A DNA stretch of 64,000 nucleotides from positions 136,462,001 to 136,526,000 of the forward strand of contig OZ024742.1 of NCBI GenBank assembly GCA_964016885.1. Reading direction: 5' to 3'. This stretch comes from Eledone cirrhosa. Its lineage: Eukaryota. Each line of letters starts with the position of its first letter. Position 1 is the stretch's first letter. Positions 14,105-28,980 of this stretch are shown here, one piece after another. The position numbers and the translations under genes were made by a program. Under the pieces are notes generated by a model, which was not told the DNA's origin, ran no database searches, and saw only the letters and a list, made by a program, of their open reading frames with translations.

Positions 14105-14270
14105 ATTCATTTCATTTCATTTAATTTTACGTCCACTTTCCCTGCTTGCAAGGGTGGGACAGGAACTGATTCTGGCTTGATTTCTACAGCTGGATGCCCT
14201 TCCTAACACCAACCTCATTTACAGTGAGTGCTGGGTGCTTTTTAGCCATGGCACCTCCACGACCACTATT
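14105..14270 (-). mobile_element. 3' part of an RTE-tailed SINE (family B)
   Basis: Matches 30903-31060 and 37098-37210. Confidence 0.7.
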
Positions 14271-14725
14271 CCATTTGAATATTAACCCTCATAAATGTAT
14301 CTTAGTAGTTGAACATTCAATCCATGGAGGAATGGGAAAGGGAATATAAAATTATATATATATCGTGCCAAGAGATTTCGAAGATAAGATCAAGCAAAAA
14401 TAGTGCTCTATGTAATGTACAGAGCCAAAATATATGAATGAGATCTCAGCACAATTACTGGTTTTGCCTGAAGATAACTAAATTGCTAGGCATAGAATGT
14501 CTGTCTTATACTGATTGAAGTTTGAAACCCCAGGTAGCTTGCATTTGTGTCAAGACACACACACACACACACACACACCCCCACACACACACACTATAAA
14601 AAAAGAAGAGATTTCTTGTTCCACCAACACTGATTACTTGCAAGCCTCCTGTGTTATTTTTGTTTATTTTCAACTATATGTATATAAATATATATCTGGC
14701 TGTGTGTGTGTGCACATATATATGA

Positions 14726-14764
<39 letters not shown>

Positions 14765-15040
14765 CGTGTGTGTGTATATATATATACAGTATGTGTGTGT
14801 GTATATACTAGTGGACTCTTTGGAACAAATCAAATTCATGCAAGAACCTTATTTGTTACCATATCAGTTAGAATATATGTAACTAAGGACTGTTCTTTCA
14901 AAAACTTTAATTGATGCTTGAACTCTACACTCTGAGCATCTCTATAAACTAGTAACTCAATAATTATAATTGAATGTAAATGTATATATTAAAAAAAATC
15001 AATGTGTATGTTGTACAGTAAATGCAAGAATTAATAGATA

Positions 15041-18000
15041 ACTTTCTTTTTATTTGCCACCAGAGCATCAAAAAGTGGGACAAGTACAATGGGGGGAGTT
15101 TACATAAAAAGGCGTCCTCAATAAGGAGGAGGCAATAACAAGATATGAAAATAAAATAAAATATAACAAAAATAAATTTAATAACAAAATCCTCAATAGG
15201 GAGAAGGAGCCTTGGGGGGTCGCACACACCCCCGAAAAAAAGTGTGCAACCCTTCTCCTCAGGAGCACAGAGAGGAGGTGCTCCCTTGATCTTTCATCTT
15301 CCTCACCTATAGTCAGATGTAGAGTGAAGGCCCATTCACACAGGCCATTCTTGCCACTTTCACCCATCTTTCATAAAAACGGCTGGGTGCAGCACCTCTC
15401 TCTCCATCCTGATCCTTCTTCCGAAATGATATCGGAAGAAACGGACCAGTTGTTGGCCAGAGAGAAAGGTGTCTGACCTCAATCCTTTCAGACGCGTCCA
15501 CCAAACAACCTCTTTCGCCATGGCTATTACACACAGAAACATCGCCTCTCCTTCGTTTTTGAAGAGGGGAGGCGGCTTGATCGTTACAATAGGCTCGGTT
15601 ATCAACCGGATCGGTCCCACCCTTGACAGCAGTTGTTCGACATAGCCCCACAGATCGGCAATGCCCGAGCAGTGTACCAATGCGTGTGCAACGGTTTCCT
15701 CGTCGCACACGCATCTGGGACAGATCTTTTTCGAGGGGTCCCTACCCAGGCACCTGTGTCTGTAGAGCCTTTCTCGAATGGGCAGAGCCCCTCGGTAGCA
15801 CTGCCAGGCCAGGGACCTCTGGAAGTTATCCATGGGTCCCAGGCTGAATGTCCTACCGAACAGGTTGACCAGTTCATCTTCCTCCATGCCTAGGGCTTCT
15901 CCGAGGGCGTTGTCGCACCTGCTAACCACCAGCCCTCTATAGAATGACGAGGTGGATTCTCCACTGACAGCCGAGTCCGCCTGCCAGAGAGCCGTGAGCG
16001 CCTGGGCACACTCGGTGTGCCAGGCGCCCAGTTTTCTCGGTCTTTGCTTGACCCAGGACTGCAGCTCGGTGAGCGAGACGAGTCTGGGAAAGGATCGCCT
16101 CACAAACGGGGCCCACACCGGTTGACTGGTGAGGAACACCTGGAGGTACCGTAGACTTAGTGCGTGTTTACGTATCAGTAGCCACAGCATCCCCAGCCCT
16201 CCTTTTGAAGGGTGTTGACAGCAGATGGATCTCCTCACCATAGGAGCCCGCTTCTTCCAAAGGAATTGGAAGAGTGCGCGCTCCATTTTGGCGAGCGTTT
16301 CCCTTGGGCAAGGCACAACGGTCAGGCGGTAGTAGATGATGGATGCTATATAAGTGTTCACCACCTCCGCCCGACCTTTCAGGGACAGTTTGCCCTCGGC
16401 CCACTTCTGGGTCAGTGCAAACACCCTGTTCGTTACCTCACCCCAGTTCTTCTCCACCTGGATGTCCGGTCCGAACCAGACCCCAAGCAACTTCACCGGG
16501 CCCTCCGTCCAGCGCCCGACGACGCCATCGGAGGGCATCGATCTGCCCCTCCACGTGCCAAGTTGCAGACCGATCGACTTGTCCCGGTTCAGCTTAGCCC
16601 CTGTAAACCTTTCGTACTCCTCCAGTAAGGTGCCGATCTCCCCGCGTTCCGAGGCCGTCGACTCCATTACTGTTACGTCATCGGCGTAGGCCAACACCGC
16701 TTTCCGCAATCCCGGTTCCAGCGGGATGCCCTGCAACAACTCCAACTTCCGCAGCAGTGGCTCTAAAGTCATTACATACAGAAGGGAGGATAGAGGGCAC
16801 CCTTATCGGATGGACCGCACGATTTCGAACGGCTCCGAGAGGTAGCCGCTCACCTTGACCCTAGAGCAGATGCGGCTGCTGTGCATGGCATTGATCCAGC
16901 CCCTGAAAACGGGCCCGAAGCCTGCCGCCGCTAGCCCCTTATCCAGGTAACCATGGTCGACACTATTGAATGCCTTAGATTGATCCAAGTTTATCAGGGC
17001 CCCACCAAAGCCGGGTTCGTTCCCAACCCTCTCTATGATGTATCGCATGAGGTGGAGGTTGTCGTGGATGGACCTGGATGGGATAGCACATGTCTACGCA
17101 TCTCCGACCAGGTTGCCCACGACAAGCGCCAACCTCTTTGCTAGCACCTTGGCCAAAATCTGTAACTCTGTATTTAGCAGAGTTATGGGCCTGAAATTAT
17201 TTATATCGTCCCCCTTGTTCTCGTCCTCCCTCACTAGCGTGACTACGCCCTCGGTCACAGCACAGGGAATTCTCCCGTTCTGTTGCCAGTTGCAGTAGAC
17301 CACCTCGAGGAGATCGGGGAACAAGTCCGGCATAGCTAGATATAGTTCGTATGGAAGACCACTGAGACCCGGGGATTTGTGTTTTTCGCATTGGCTCAGC
17401 ACGTCCCCTATCTCAGCGGCTGAAATCGGCTCCTCGCAGGACTTCGCCTCCCTGTCCGAGAGACGCGGCAGGCCGTTGAGGTATGGACCGAAGTCCACTT
17501 CCCCAACCGGCTCCCTGCCCCTTCCGAATAATCTGGCAAAGTGCTTTTGAAAAGCCTCGCACATCTGCTTAGGTTGAAGGATCACCCGTCCATCCTGGTC
17601 TCGCAAAGACCGGATAGTGTATCTACTCCCTCTTTTGGCTTCTGTCACACAGGCCCAGCTAACAACTTTGGTCCCCTCATTTCCCAGAGCACATATTTTG
17701 CTTCGGACGATGCAGCCTTCGGGTTTCGCGTCAAAGAACTGGCCCAGGGCCGTTCTCGATGCTAGCACTCTGGCCACGTCGCCGCTTCTAATTGCCTTCT
17801 TCTACACTATCTACCAACTCCCTTTCCTTCCTATTTCTATTTGAGGCTAACTCCTTACTAAATTCTATAGAGACTACTCTAATCTCTCTTTTGAGAGATC
17901 GCCACCACCTGCTGTTGATGATTGTGCCCGTCAACCGCTCCTTAACTAAAGTGCTAATCCGGTCTCTGTAAGCCTTATTTGCCGGTAAGGACAAGTTGAG

Positions 18001-18156
18001 CTTACAGTAACCGGGTCCCTGTCTATGCGTTCTGTCAAGGTTGACCATGCAGGTCACTAACTTGTGGTCTGAATAGCCAACCATGCGCATTTTTGCACAA
18101 CTTAAAAAGTCCTTATCCTTATTTCTAACTAAGAACCTATCTAGGTATGACCTAGT
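15041..18156 (-). mobile_element. 5'-truncated L1/Tx1-clade LINE with disrupted ORF2
   Basis: Endonuclease C-terminus (SYLDRF, SDHKLV), RT motifs (KSPG..GLPYE, NFRPITLLN, LDQSKAF, YADD) and a Cys/His knuckle (CPRC..ETVAHALVHC) are split over ORFs 18090-17788, 17777-17094, 17048-16803 and 16772-15360. AATAAA near the 3' end. 11-bp TSD ATTAATAGATA at 15030-15040 and 18157-18167. Confidence 0.93.
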
Positions 18157-18439
18157 ATTAATAGATAGAACGGTAAAATTGACTTCCGACTTTTGGATTT
18201 ATTATTTTGTTTACAACTGTATAGTGATACTAAATACATATCCTTAACAGAAGAATGTGAACTTGTTTTGACATATACTATGAGGTATGAAATATATGCT
18301 TCCAAGACAAAGAACACCTGTAAAATAAAACTGAGTAAATATGAAGCAAAACTAGTAATACACCCACAGAGAATTTGTGTGCATAAGCTCAAGTATAACA
18401 TGACTTTTTAATTCCTTAATTCTGCAAGAAAATCGTTCA

Positions 18440-18740
18440 TTAATGTGATTTGAATTGTTGCCAAATTAGAGATTAAAGCTCCAATATTATGGGCATATGG
18501 TTAGAACGTCCGAGGAAAGAATTGCTGGACAGATTTCATGGGCAAAACCAACTGGTATGAGACCTAGGAGTAGTCCCCAAGCAAGATTTTTGGATAATGT
18601 ACATGAGCTCAGGTGATCTCGTTTAGGGATCCAGCCAGATTAATTGGTGACAATTGCTTCCGACAGAATCATTCAGAAGGAGAGTTTGGGGACTCTGCAC
18701 ACACGACCATCTAAAAAATAAGACAAATTAATGGAAATGT
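18440..18740 (+). mobile_element. Degenerate RTE LINE 3' fragment
   Basis: Translates as RLKLQYYGHMVRTSEERIA..KPTGMRPRSSP..RFLD, which resembles the RTE LRWxGHVxRM...GxRPRGRP motif. Confidence 0.6.
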
Positions 18741-19155
18741 AGTTATTACCCTGATTTTCCTTACCAATAGGTCCAATATGATTTTTTAATAATCTTGAAA
18801 ATAATCAGAAATTTGAAGGGCTTAAGATAGTATTTGAAGAATAGCATAAAATTTCTTGGAGTAAATTGCGAGCAAAAGTTGTGTAATAATTATGCTTGCC
18901 TGATCCCGTGACTCCGGAGTGAATTGTAAGAGTGCTGTAAAGATATGATGTTTCTAGGGCATTTTTTAAATCTGACAGAGCCCAGCTCCTCTCCTTGTCT
19001 GAATATAACAGATTTCTTCCAGACAATGAGAGAATGGAAGTAAGAAAGTACTAGACAGGCACTTTACTCATCAATCTCGGATGGATGAGTGCCAAAATGA
19101 ATACCACAAAGTCCTTTGTTTGTCCAATATTCTACTCTGTCACTTTGCCACCATG

Positions 19156-20049
19156 TACGAGGGAAATCCCAAAAGTAAGGTCTCCAAAGTGATGGGGACG
19201 CAGAGAAATGGTTTGTACGGCTGTTGGCAACACTGTTGTGATTGGTGCTTCCTTCACTCCCAATCAAGCATGCGCGCACTTCACTGGGATGCTCAATCTT
19301 GGCTTGGCAGCTGTTGAGAATGGAGCTCCCGTTGAACGCTACCGCCAAGTGTGAAGTTCGCGCAGTTATTCGGTTTTTTTAACGCAAAAGGCGTTGAACC
19401 GATTGAAATTCATCGCCAATTGACGGAAGTGTATGGAGAGTCGTGCATGGATGTCAAAAACGTTCGCAAGTGGTGTAGAGAGTTTACAGCCGGTCATGCT
19501 GAAATCCACGATGAGAGCGGAGACCGTCAATTTCCGACGAGACAGTCGCAAAGGTTGAGGAAATCATGCGTAAAGATCGGCATATCACATTGGATGCTCT
19601 CTACATTTTGGTTTCTGAGGTTTCCTGAAGCACCATCCACAGGATTTTAACAGAAAAATTGCGACTGTCTCGTCAGAAATTGACGGTCTCCCGCTCCCTT
19701 GTTCGTCATGAATTTCAGTACGACCGGCTGTAAACTCTCTACACCACTTGCGAACGTTTTTGACATCCATGCACAACTGTCCATACACTTCCGTCAATTG
19801 GCGATGAATTTCAATTGGTGCAATGCCTTTTGCGCTCAAAAACCGAATAACTGCATAAACTTTGCACTTGGCGGTAGCGTTCAACGGGAGCTCCATTCTC
19901 AATCAAGATTGAGCATCCCAGCGAAACGCGCGCATGCTTGTTTGGGAGTGAAGGAAGCACCAATCACAACAGTGTTGCCAACAGCCGTACAAACAGTTTC
20001 TCTGTGTCCCCATCGCTTTGGAGACCTTAATTTTGGGATTGCCCTCATA
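19156..20049. mobile_element. Non-autonomous mariner derivative made of two inverted 5' ends (fold-back)
   Basis: TA-CGAGGG...CCCTCA-TA termini. Arms about 19158-19550 and 19660-20047. Both arms encode the mariner transposase N-terminal HTH (VIRFL..KG..PIEIHRQLTEVYG..CMD...VRKWCREF..GR...DE..SGRP). Confidence 0.9.
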
Positions 20050-20903
20050 ATAAATATAAACATTTCAAAATAAACAGCTATGCTTCAGGGAACCAAGGTA
20101 GGTTTCAAGCAGTTTGATAACAAAAATATTAAGAAAGGGAGAGTACACATTGAATATTGTAGTTCCATAACAGGAAACTGCCTGGAAGATGACAGCTGGA
20201 ATGTCTTTGATCATAGGTCAAATCCATCAGGTCTGACCTGGGGCTAAACAACTACTAAAAGAGAGCAACATAAAACTTATACAAAAGTAGAACAACATAT
20301 ATCATCATCATTCACATCACCCTAGACATCAGGCAATACAATCTATATCAATGCTGCTGGTGTCCCTGTCATCTACACAACTTCTAACAACAAAAATACA
20401 AACAGACTTTACTAACATTACCAACCATTTCTACCAACACTAGAAGGATCACCAGCACCACTAGCATTATTACCATCTTTCTTCTCGTTTTAGTTTTAGT
20501 TGTTTCCACAGCTGTGTGAAGTCAATGAGCACAACTTGTGTATAGGTTCTAGTAGACAGACTCGTTTGCATCACTGTAACTGAAGATACTAGAACTCCCT
20601 TCTGTTGTTCCTTGTTTTCACACTGTGATTGAAGCAAAAGGAAAACAAGGCGTGGTGTTTAGGGTTCAAGCCAAGGGCAGAAACAGTAAAAACAATACCA
20701 AAAATAACAACAAACCTCTTCAAAAACTATATCAACAAGACATGATCTTTTTTATGGTATTAGTTGAAAGAAAGTGGGAGAGAGGAGAGAGCAACAAGAA
20801 GGAAACACCACCCTTCTATTGCAGATTCTTTCATTTATTCTGTTTACTATCTCCCCTCACTTTAGCCCTTACTATAGCTCCTGCATGAGCTCACAGATGT
20901 GTA

Positions 20904-20967
<64 letters not shown>

Positions 20968-21095
20968 CTCTCTCTCTCACACATATTCAAAATACAAACT
21001 GATTAATCCTTACCTATCTTTTGTTACTACTCTCTCTTTCTCTTTCTTTACACACATATGTATGTATGCGTGTGTGTGTGTTTGTATGTATATGT

Positions 21096-21178
21096 AGAAG
21101 AGCTTCTACAGGACTAGAACTGTTTCATGTTTTCTCACAAATGAAACAGTACCTTACTTACTGTGGTTACCGGAATAA

Positions 21179-21180
<2 letters not shown>
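21096..21180. mobile_element. Rearranged remnant of the GUA-hammerhead element family
   Basis: Inverted 3' half (reverse complement of ATGAAACAGTTCTAGTCCTGTAGAAGCTCTTCT) followed by TTTCTCACAAATGAAACAG..TTACTTACTGTG, as at 36979-37068. Confidence 0.6.
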
Positions 21181-21213
<33 letters not shown>

Positions 21214-22039
21214 CACATATACAGTCAAGATGCTGGTTTGTATTTTTCAAAAATGTAATGCTAATGTGGTTTATGTATTGCAACATGTGAGCAAACAGGC
21301 ATGTTAGCCTACTGTGTTAATTTTAGACCATAAAAACTATTGCTGGTTTCTTTTATATTTTAATGATTAGTTTGTATGTAACCTTGCCTCCACCAGCCCA
21401 ACAACTTGTACACTTCATTAATCTTATGTGATTTTTTTCCTATGTCCTCTATTTCTCTATATACTTCCTAAATTTACCAACCTCATATTAACTACACATT
21501 CAGTAGATCATCATTTTTATACATCCAGCCTCTCTTTCTAAATCTCTTTGTTCTATTCTCCTATCCCACTATTAACTCTTTCATTACTTTATTCCTACTG
21601 AAAAACACTCCACTCCCTATGATTTTCAAATAATTTGAAAATAATCCAGAACTTGAAGGACTTTAATAATATAACTTTTTCATGATCAAGCTGTTGTTTG
21701 GATCATAACTTAACAAAGGATCTAACATAACATTTTGATGGAAGGTTTTTAGATAAATAAACAGTCTTCTATTATAGAATCTGGGACAAGTTCAGGTGGT
21801 TCTGCATTAAAAGTATTAATCAACTTGACACTCTTATTATATGCTTTATTCTCTGTTTCCCTGTGTCACCTATTTCCAACTTGTCCACAGTTACCCTTCC
21901 CTTACTCATTTAGATCTTCCTTTCTCCCTCTTTACTCTACACTCCACCTCCTACTCTTTCCATCACTCTCTCTACCTGCCTCTTTTTCTGTCTTGATTTT
22001 CTGTATTTACTACTGACTATTTAAATGTTAGTCTGCCTC

Positions 22040-22480
22040 ACGGAGGATGGCAAGGGAGCCATGCTGGAACAACAACTCCAACATGCAGGCTTGCACTTAT
22101 AGGCAACCAATTCCACCCAATAGTGAGTAAGGATGTAGTCCATTGGCCAAGAATGCTGGAAGTCCCAACTGGCAGAGGCTCCACAACAAACCTATCAAAG
22201 GGCTGCCAATACTTTGTTAGTTTGCCCTTTTTGATCTGGTGAGCAGCAAAGCCTGAGCTGGTAGCTAGAGAAGTTGTCACATGTAGCATCACAAATACAC
22301 AGCCTGCAAGCAGGAAAAGGGAAGAGTGTCATGCCATCTGGCCTTTCACCCCTAGCTGAAGCTGGGAAAGGAAGACTGCAGTATCCAGGCTGTGCTTTTA
22401 AATTTCAAAAGATCTTGCAAGGAGGAATCGAACTTTGTATCTCTCAGAGACTGGCTGAGTGCTCTCACCATTGAGCTAAG
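22040..22480 (-). mobile_element. Degenerate fragment of a CRE/R2-superfamily non-LTR element (restriction-like endonuclease domain)
   Basis: Minus strand reads GERPDGMTLFPF..L.ICDATC and GFAA...K..KY....RF.VEPL.VGT..ILG, matching the RPDG-TL-PW-WDxT / KxxKY / PxxVET pattern. Confidence 0.55.
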
Positions 22481-22603
22481 TACCCTCAGATCTAATCAAA
22501 TTGACAACCATATCATAAGATACTCTTTGTGTCCTACCCTATATTTGTTCCTCTTATCGCCTGTTCTCTGCACATTGCACAGTATACATACATAAAAGCT
22601 GTC

Positions 22604-22671
<68 letters not shown>

Positions 22672-23431
22672 CATGCATTGGTTATATTTTAATACTACTT
22701 TGTCCATCCAGCTGGATTTATTTCAGTATCCTCGTAGATATTAATCTGAGTAGATCTAATTGGATAGTTATCACCACCACCACCACCACTATTTTCCTTC
22801 CTTATTTCTTCATGCTGATATCAGCTGGAGCAGTAATAAATGCACACACACCAAGTATATTATGAATATTAGTGCTTTCATATATATGTTGGTTGTCTGC
22901 TCAATACAGAGCTTGACTAATCAATGCACATGAAGATCATTTCCAACATGGTGTCTTACATGGCTTTTTAGACCAGTTATGGAAGCAAAATGTCAACGAC
23001 ACAAATTACTAGTTGGTTTTGGCAGTGACTGGTATCTGTACTTGATGTTCTTTAACATGTCTCTTTAAACTTCTCTGTGATTTACAGATGTTGTGGCAGA
23101 TGTGGCATTGATTTGTATACAAAAACTTTCGTCCTGGCTTTAATATGCCTTTGTGACCACACACGGGATTCTAAATTTTCCAAAATATTCTTAAGGGTAT
23201 TTCTGTGTCCAAAGAACTGTTTTTATTGACAGAGCTACCAAGGTAAATGAAAGATTTCACAACCTCACAATGAAGAAAATACATTCTATATGGAGAGTAT
23301 CACATTGAGTCAGGGTAGGAGGGAATGTGTGATTGGAGATGAGGAAAGGGAGAGGGATAGTGATGAGGACATGGTAGGCAAAAACTGAAATCCCAACAGA
23401 GAGATAGACAGAATAGAAGGAGCTACATGTG

Positions 23432-23434
<3 letters not shown>

Positions 23435-23473
<39 letters not shown>

Positions 23474-23493
23474 CTACTTACATTCATTCATAC

Positions 23494-23530
<37 letters not shown>

Positions 23531-23586
23531 TTCCCTTTTCTAATATATATATATATATATATATACAGTATATATATATATATATA

Positions 23587-23642
<56 letters not shown>

Positions 23643-23900
23643 TACAGGGTATATATATATATATACATATATACAGGGTGTATATATATACATATATACA
23701 GGGTGTATATATATACATATATACAGGGTGTATATATATACATATATACACGGTGTATATATATACATATACATATATATATATATTCAACCTAAGAATA
23801 AAGACACACACCTACATACATACATATATTCACATACACACGCACGTATATATATATATATGTGTGGATGTATGTGTGTGAATATATGTATGTATGTAGG
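23435..23900. repeat. (TA)n/(CA)n microsatellite with an embedded minisatellite (TACATATATACAGGGTG(TA)n)
   Basis: Direct inspection. Confidence 0.9.
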
Positions 23901-24829
23901 TGTGTGTCTCTTTAGTCTTAGCTTGAATATAGGGCACACCTTTAGGTGTAGATGAAATGTTGATTTACAAAGTAGACATGAATGATGCAAGACCAGTACT
24001 TCAATACTACATTTCTGTTTATTTTAATGGATCTAAATTAACTAACTGGTTTCTATTTGTCTGTATATCTGTCTCTTTTCTCTCTCTAACACATACACAC
24101 AGAAAGTGAATAAATATCTATATATATATGTGTATGTGTGTGTATTTATATATATATATGTGTGTGTGTGTGTATATATATAATGAAACAAAGCTGTGGA
24201 GTAGGACTGACACATATATGAATGATGTTTAGCACCGAGTCAACCCAAAGCAAGTAGACTATGATCAAAAACCTCCCAGCCATGACCAATCCATATATTT
24301 TTGTTTGGTTTTATTTAGTGTACCTGGAACTCAATTATCCTTAATTTAAGATGGTAGATTTCATATTAGCTGCAATTTCTAGCAGATTGAACAACCATAT
24401 AGAGGGTTTCTCATTGACTTAATATCTATGTTTATATATTATATTGTATATACTGTAAGGTATATTATATGTATACTCTATAATACATAATACATATTAT
24501 ATAGTACGTACTCCATCTCACAGATAACATTTCATCCACATATGCACACAAACATGTACTCCCATTTTCTGTCTTTTCACACCTAGTTCACATGTAGTTC
24601 CTTCTATTCTGTCTGTCTATCTTCCTATCAGTCTCTGTTGGGTTTTCAGTTTTTGTCTATCACTTCCTCTTCACTATTCCTCTCCCTTTCGTCATCTCCA
24701 ACCATACACTCTCTCCTACCCTGACTCATTGTGAAACTCTCCAGAGAGAATGCTGTTTCTTCACTATGAAACAACATTGTCAATAGAAGAAAGAATGTGG
24801 TAATTAGGCCACTCAAGAAATGGCATCAC

Positions 24830-25850
24830 CAACAGCAGCAGCAGCAATACTGCAACCATCACTACAACTAACAACAACAACAACTCTACTATCATAACCA
24901 TCACTACTGTCAGCAAGCACTATTACTGCCATTACCATATCTGACAATATCACTACCACCACCACCACCACCACCTGCAGCAGCAGTACCCACACCAATA
25001 TTATGAGTGGTACCTGTTTTTTTTGTTATCATTAATGTCACTATGACCATAACCATTAACAAATTAACTATAACAACAATAGCCATAATATATATATATT
25101 ATAACAATAGTATTATACATTACTAGACTATTATATCCCTACTTACAACACTACTACCAACCAATAGCACTACTATCACAATATCTATTATAATATATTA
25201 ACACAATCACCCCAACAAACCACAATGTACCACCACCACCAGTATTACTACAATTATTCTGAAAAATACATCACTATCATCAACACTATCCCAACTATTG
25301 TCAATACCAGCATTATGTTTATCTTTTTTTATGAGGATGGGCATCTTCTAGTAGCATGAATATCATCACAAAAACAATCACCATTCTGATCATTACCACC
25401 ACTGCCAACTACCTCTATCAAAACATCCACCACAGTTAACCTGACTAGAAATAGCATCACTATCCTCATGCAACTGCCATCATCTCTAGTATAACCAACA
25501 CCACTGACAACTATCACCAACACTACTACTACTACTAAGTCCAGTAAGGTTAAGTAGTACTAGAAGAAAGCCTGTATTCCCCTACTTACCATCAATATCT
25601 CACCACTTAATATCTTTAGTAGTAGTAGCACTAGAACTGTCACCTCTACTACAACAAAACACCTCAATAAACCACAATAAGTAATAGATCTGTCCTTATG
25701 ACTATCACTGCACACACACACTCATCCATTATAATTACTATAACAGTCTATTGCTTGTTACTACTACCACCACTGCTGCTGATGTTTATACTACTACTAT
25801 TACTACTACTACCACCATCTCCACCATATAACCACTACTGCCACCCCACC
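24830..25850. repeat. Low-complexity degenerate (ACT/ACC/ACA)n tract
   Basis: Direct inspection. Confidence 0.7.
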
Positions 25851-28080
25851 TTTCCGATGATATGAATCTCGACATAATCATCATTAAATATACACACATG
25901 TATGCACATTTAGTATATATATATATAGATATATATGCATGTATGTGTGCATGTGCATGCCTGTGTGTATAATATTATAATACTGAGATTATATACACAA
26001 ACATAACATTGCAACATGTTAATATTTATTTGCATGGTGTCTATCACCATGGAATCCATGATTTTCAAATATGATATCTACCCAGTGGTGGATGCCTAAA
26101 AAGGATGAGTATTGTATTGTGTGGCCACTTTAGCCAGTCAGCTAACTCATAGCTCATATCATGTTCCAAGATCAATGGAAAGTTTAGCAGAAAGATCACT
26201 GGTCTGGTCATATGTTGTATAGTAACTTGTCTGTAAGGCACAGCTGATATATACTGCCCAGTCAGAGAGTGTAGAATTTGCCTTCTCCCACCATCTTCTC
26301 TATTATCTTGTGTAGTTTTTTTTCGTTCTCCCTTAGTTTTTCTTTTTTCTTGTTTATTATTTCAATTGATGTTTTAAAAATACTTTCATTTCATTATTGT
26401 TTACTTCTGCTGGCTAATTTCCTTTAATATATAACCACTGTCAGATAATACTTTCTCACATAACATATGGATGACTTAAACTCTGAACAGCAAGTTAAAT
26501 ACCCCTAAATTCTTGAATATTTTCCAAATCATTTGAGAACCATAAGCAATAAGACATGTTAAGAAAAGGAGTGAAGGACTAGAAATCTGAATCACAAGTT
26601 AATCTGTTTGATAAGAGGCTACCTGAAGCTGCCCCTGGTAATATGTTACAAAATCCTTATTCTAAAATGTTTATGTATATATATCTAAAATATTTTCATC
26701 ATAATTTAATATAAGACCTTTATAATTGTTCCTAACAACAGTTTAATAATGAGAAAATTAGTTATTTTCTGAATTCCTCTAAATTTTTGATTAGCTTCAA
26801 AATTATTTGAAAATCATAGGCAGTGAAATATGGTAACAAAAGGAATTAATGATACACTTGATGAGCTAGTTCATTATATATATAATGAATACTCTTACTT
26901 CATAGCAATATTACCTGTTATAAGCTTGTTGGAGTGAGGATAAATAACGATAATTAAATATCTCATCATATCCAAAATACAGGACCCAATCACACATAGA
27001 CACACCTGAATATAATATAATATATATATATACACACATACATATATACATGCACATATATATACACACACATATACATACATGGAAGGTGGTGTTGGAT
27101 GCACAAATGTACATAGACCATCCAAACATTAACGGAATATGCATTCTATATATGTGAGCAGAGTATAAATTTCATTATCCGAAGAAAAAGATGACAATGA
27201 CTGCGAAGATTCCACACACACTCCCATATAATGTTTTGTGTATATAGTCATTCTATATATAACAAATGTTAGGTTTGCATCTATTTCTAATCACATGGGA
27301 AGTATTCATTCATATACAGCCTCACTTAACATAAATATACACACATTGTTTTCAATATAAAGAAAAAAAGCTAAATTTGTTCAGCTTTCCAGCAGTAGTT
27401 CTATCCCACCAACACCACTATCACTACTGACAGTTATCATTCAATAATGCAGAGTGTAGGGTGGTAACTCACTGCTTTATCACCATTAACTTTTCCTTTT
27501 CTTTCCACCTGGCACTAGCAAGCCTTCAGTTTTTACATTCAACTTCATCTTAAATTTTACTCACTTCCTGATGATATTTATCACATGTTTAATTCACTAC
27601 CATCTATTCTTTCTAATGACTACCATTACTATCACATGCAACTATCAACATATGAACACCATTTATCTCCACTTACTAGTTACTATTGAATAAACTATGA
27701 GACACAATTCAATTTTATCCGCATAAATGTTTTAGTTGATCACCACTACCCCCATTCCACCCTTTTGTACCTCTGTCACAACAACCATTCGAGGGGTACA
27801 CAATGCCTCTCCTAAGCATTCACTAACAGATTTAACTCTTGTATCCAATATTACTACTACTATATCTAAAAACCTCTTCTACAAACAACCTTGACTTGTA
27901 ATGTTCCATTCACATGTTTTCACTGACATCTACACCTATACTAGGCGTATATTTGTGCTCACAGACATACACATGTGAGCATATGCATGCATGCACACAC
28001 ACACACAGACACACTCACATGCATATGGGAGCATACATTGTGCTTTGTATGCTTTAAAACAAATATCTATAAAGAAGCAC

Positions 28081-28130
<50 letters not shown>

Positions 28131-28435
28131 TGTGTGTCTGAATGTGCCTGTGTAAGTGGAGGCTAATTGTGTTGTATTAAATTCCATCTGTAAGTTCAGA
28201 ATGGGTAAGAATAGGGCACTAGCTTTTATACAACATGGGATCAGTAAAATATGCACCAAGTATAATTTTTTCCTCTATATGGTTTCCTTGTGCATTTCTC
28301 ATTTTTTCCCTGCATCTCAGGGGAGATTCTTGGGTGTTTGAATGATAGGGAGCCAAGTCAAGTGTTACCATGTCACTATTTTACCACACAGAGAAAGATT
28401 AGATACTGCAAGGTGTCTCACCTAGTTGCTATAAT

Positions 28436-28980
28436 AATTATTTCTACTTGTGGCACAAGGCCAGCAATTACCCAGTACATTACTGGTACTTTCTTTTATC
28501 GACCCTGTAAGGATGAAAGGCAAAGTTAACCTCGGCGGGATTTGAACTCAGATCGTAAAGGGACGTAACTATGCTGGAAAGCATGTCTGACCCTCTACCG
28601 ATACTGTCAATCCACAACCTAGTTGCTATAATAATGGTTTCTTATTTAGGCACAAGGCCAGCAATTTAGGGGGGAGGGAAAAGTCGATGAAATTGACCCC
28701 AGTGCATGACTGGTACTTTATTTTATCGACCCCGTAAGGATGAAAGGCAAAGTTAACCTTGGCGGGATTTGAACTCAGATCATAAAGGGCCGTCCGACCC
28801 TCTACCGATACTGCCAATCCAATAACACCAAATTATCACCCTGCACAGTATTATATTCATCAACCTGAAAAATATGAAAGGTGAAGCTGACCTCAGCATG
28901 ATTTGAATTCATAGCACAAAGAACTTGAACAGGTATCACTAGGAATTTTATTTGATGCTCTAATGATTAAGCCAATTTGT
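28436..28980 (-). mobile_element. Head-to-tail cluster of 2-3 family A SINEs
   Basis: Copies at about 28436-28615, 28632-28821 and, more degraded, 28845-28980. Confidence 0.75.

Noticed and set aside
18805-19026. Walker-A-like GVTGSGK in a 73-aa minus-strand ORF
   Set aside because: His follows the Lys instead of Ser/Thr, there are no clear splice sites or other ATPase motifs, and it lies between transposon fragments. Likely chance; a BLASTx search would settle it.
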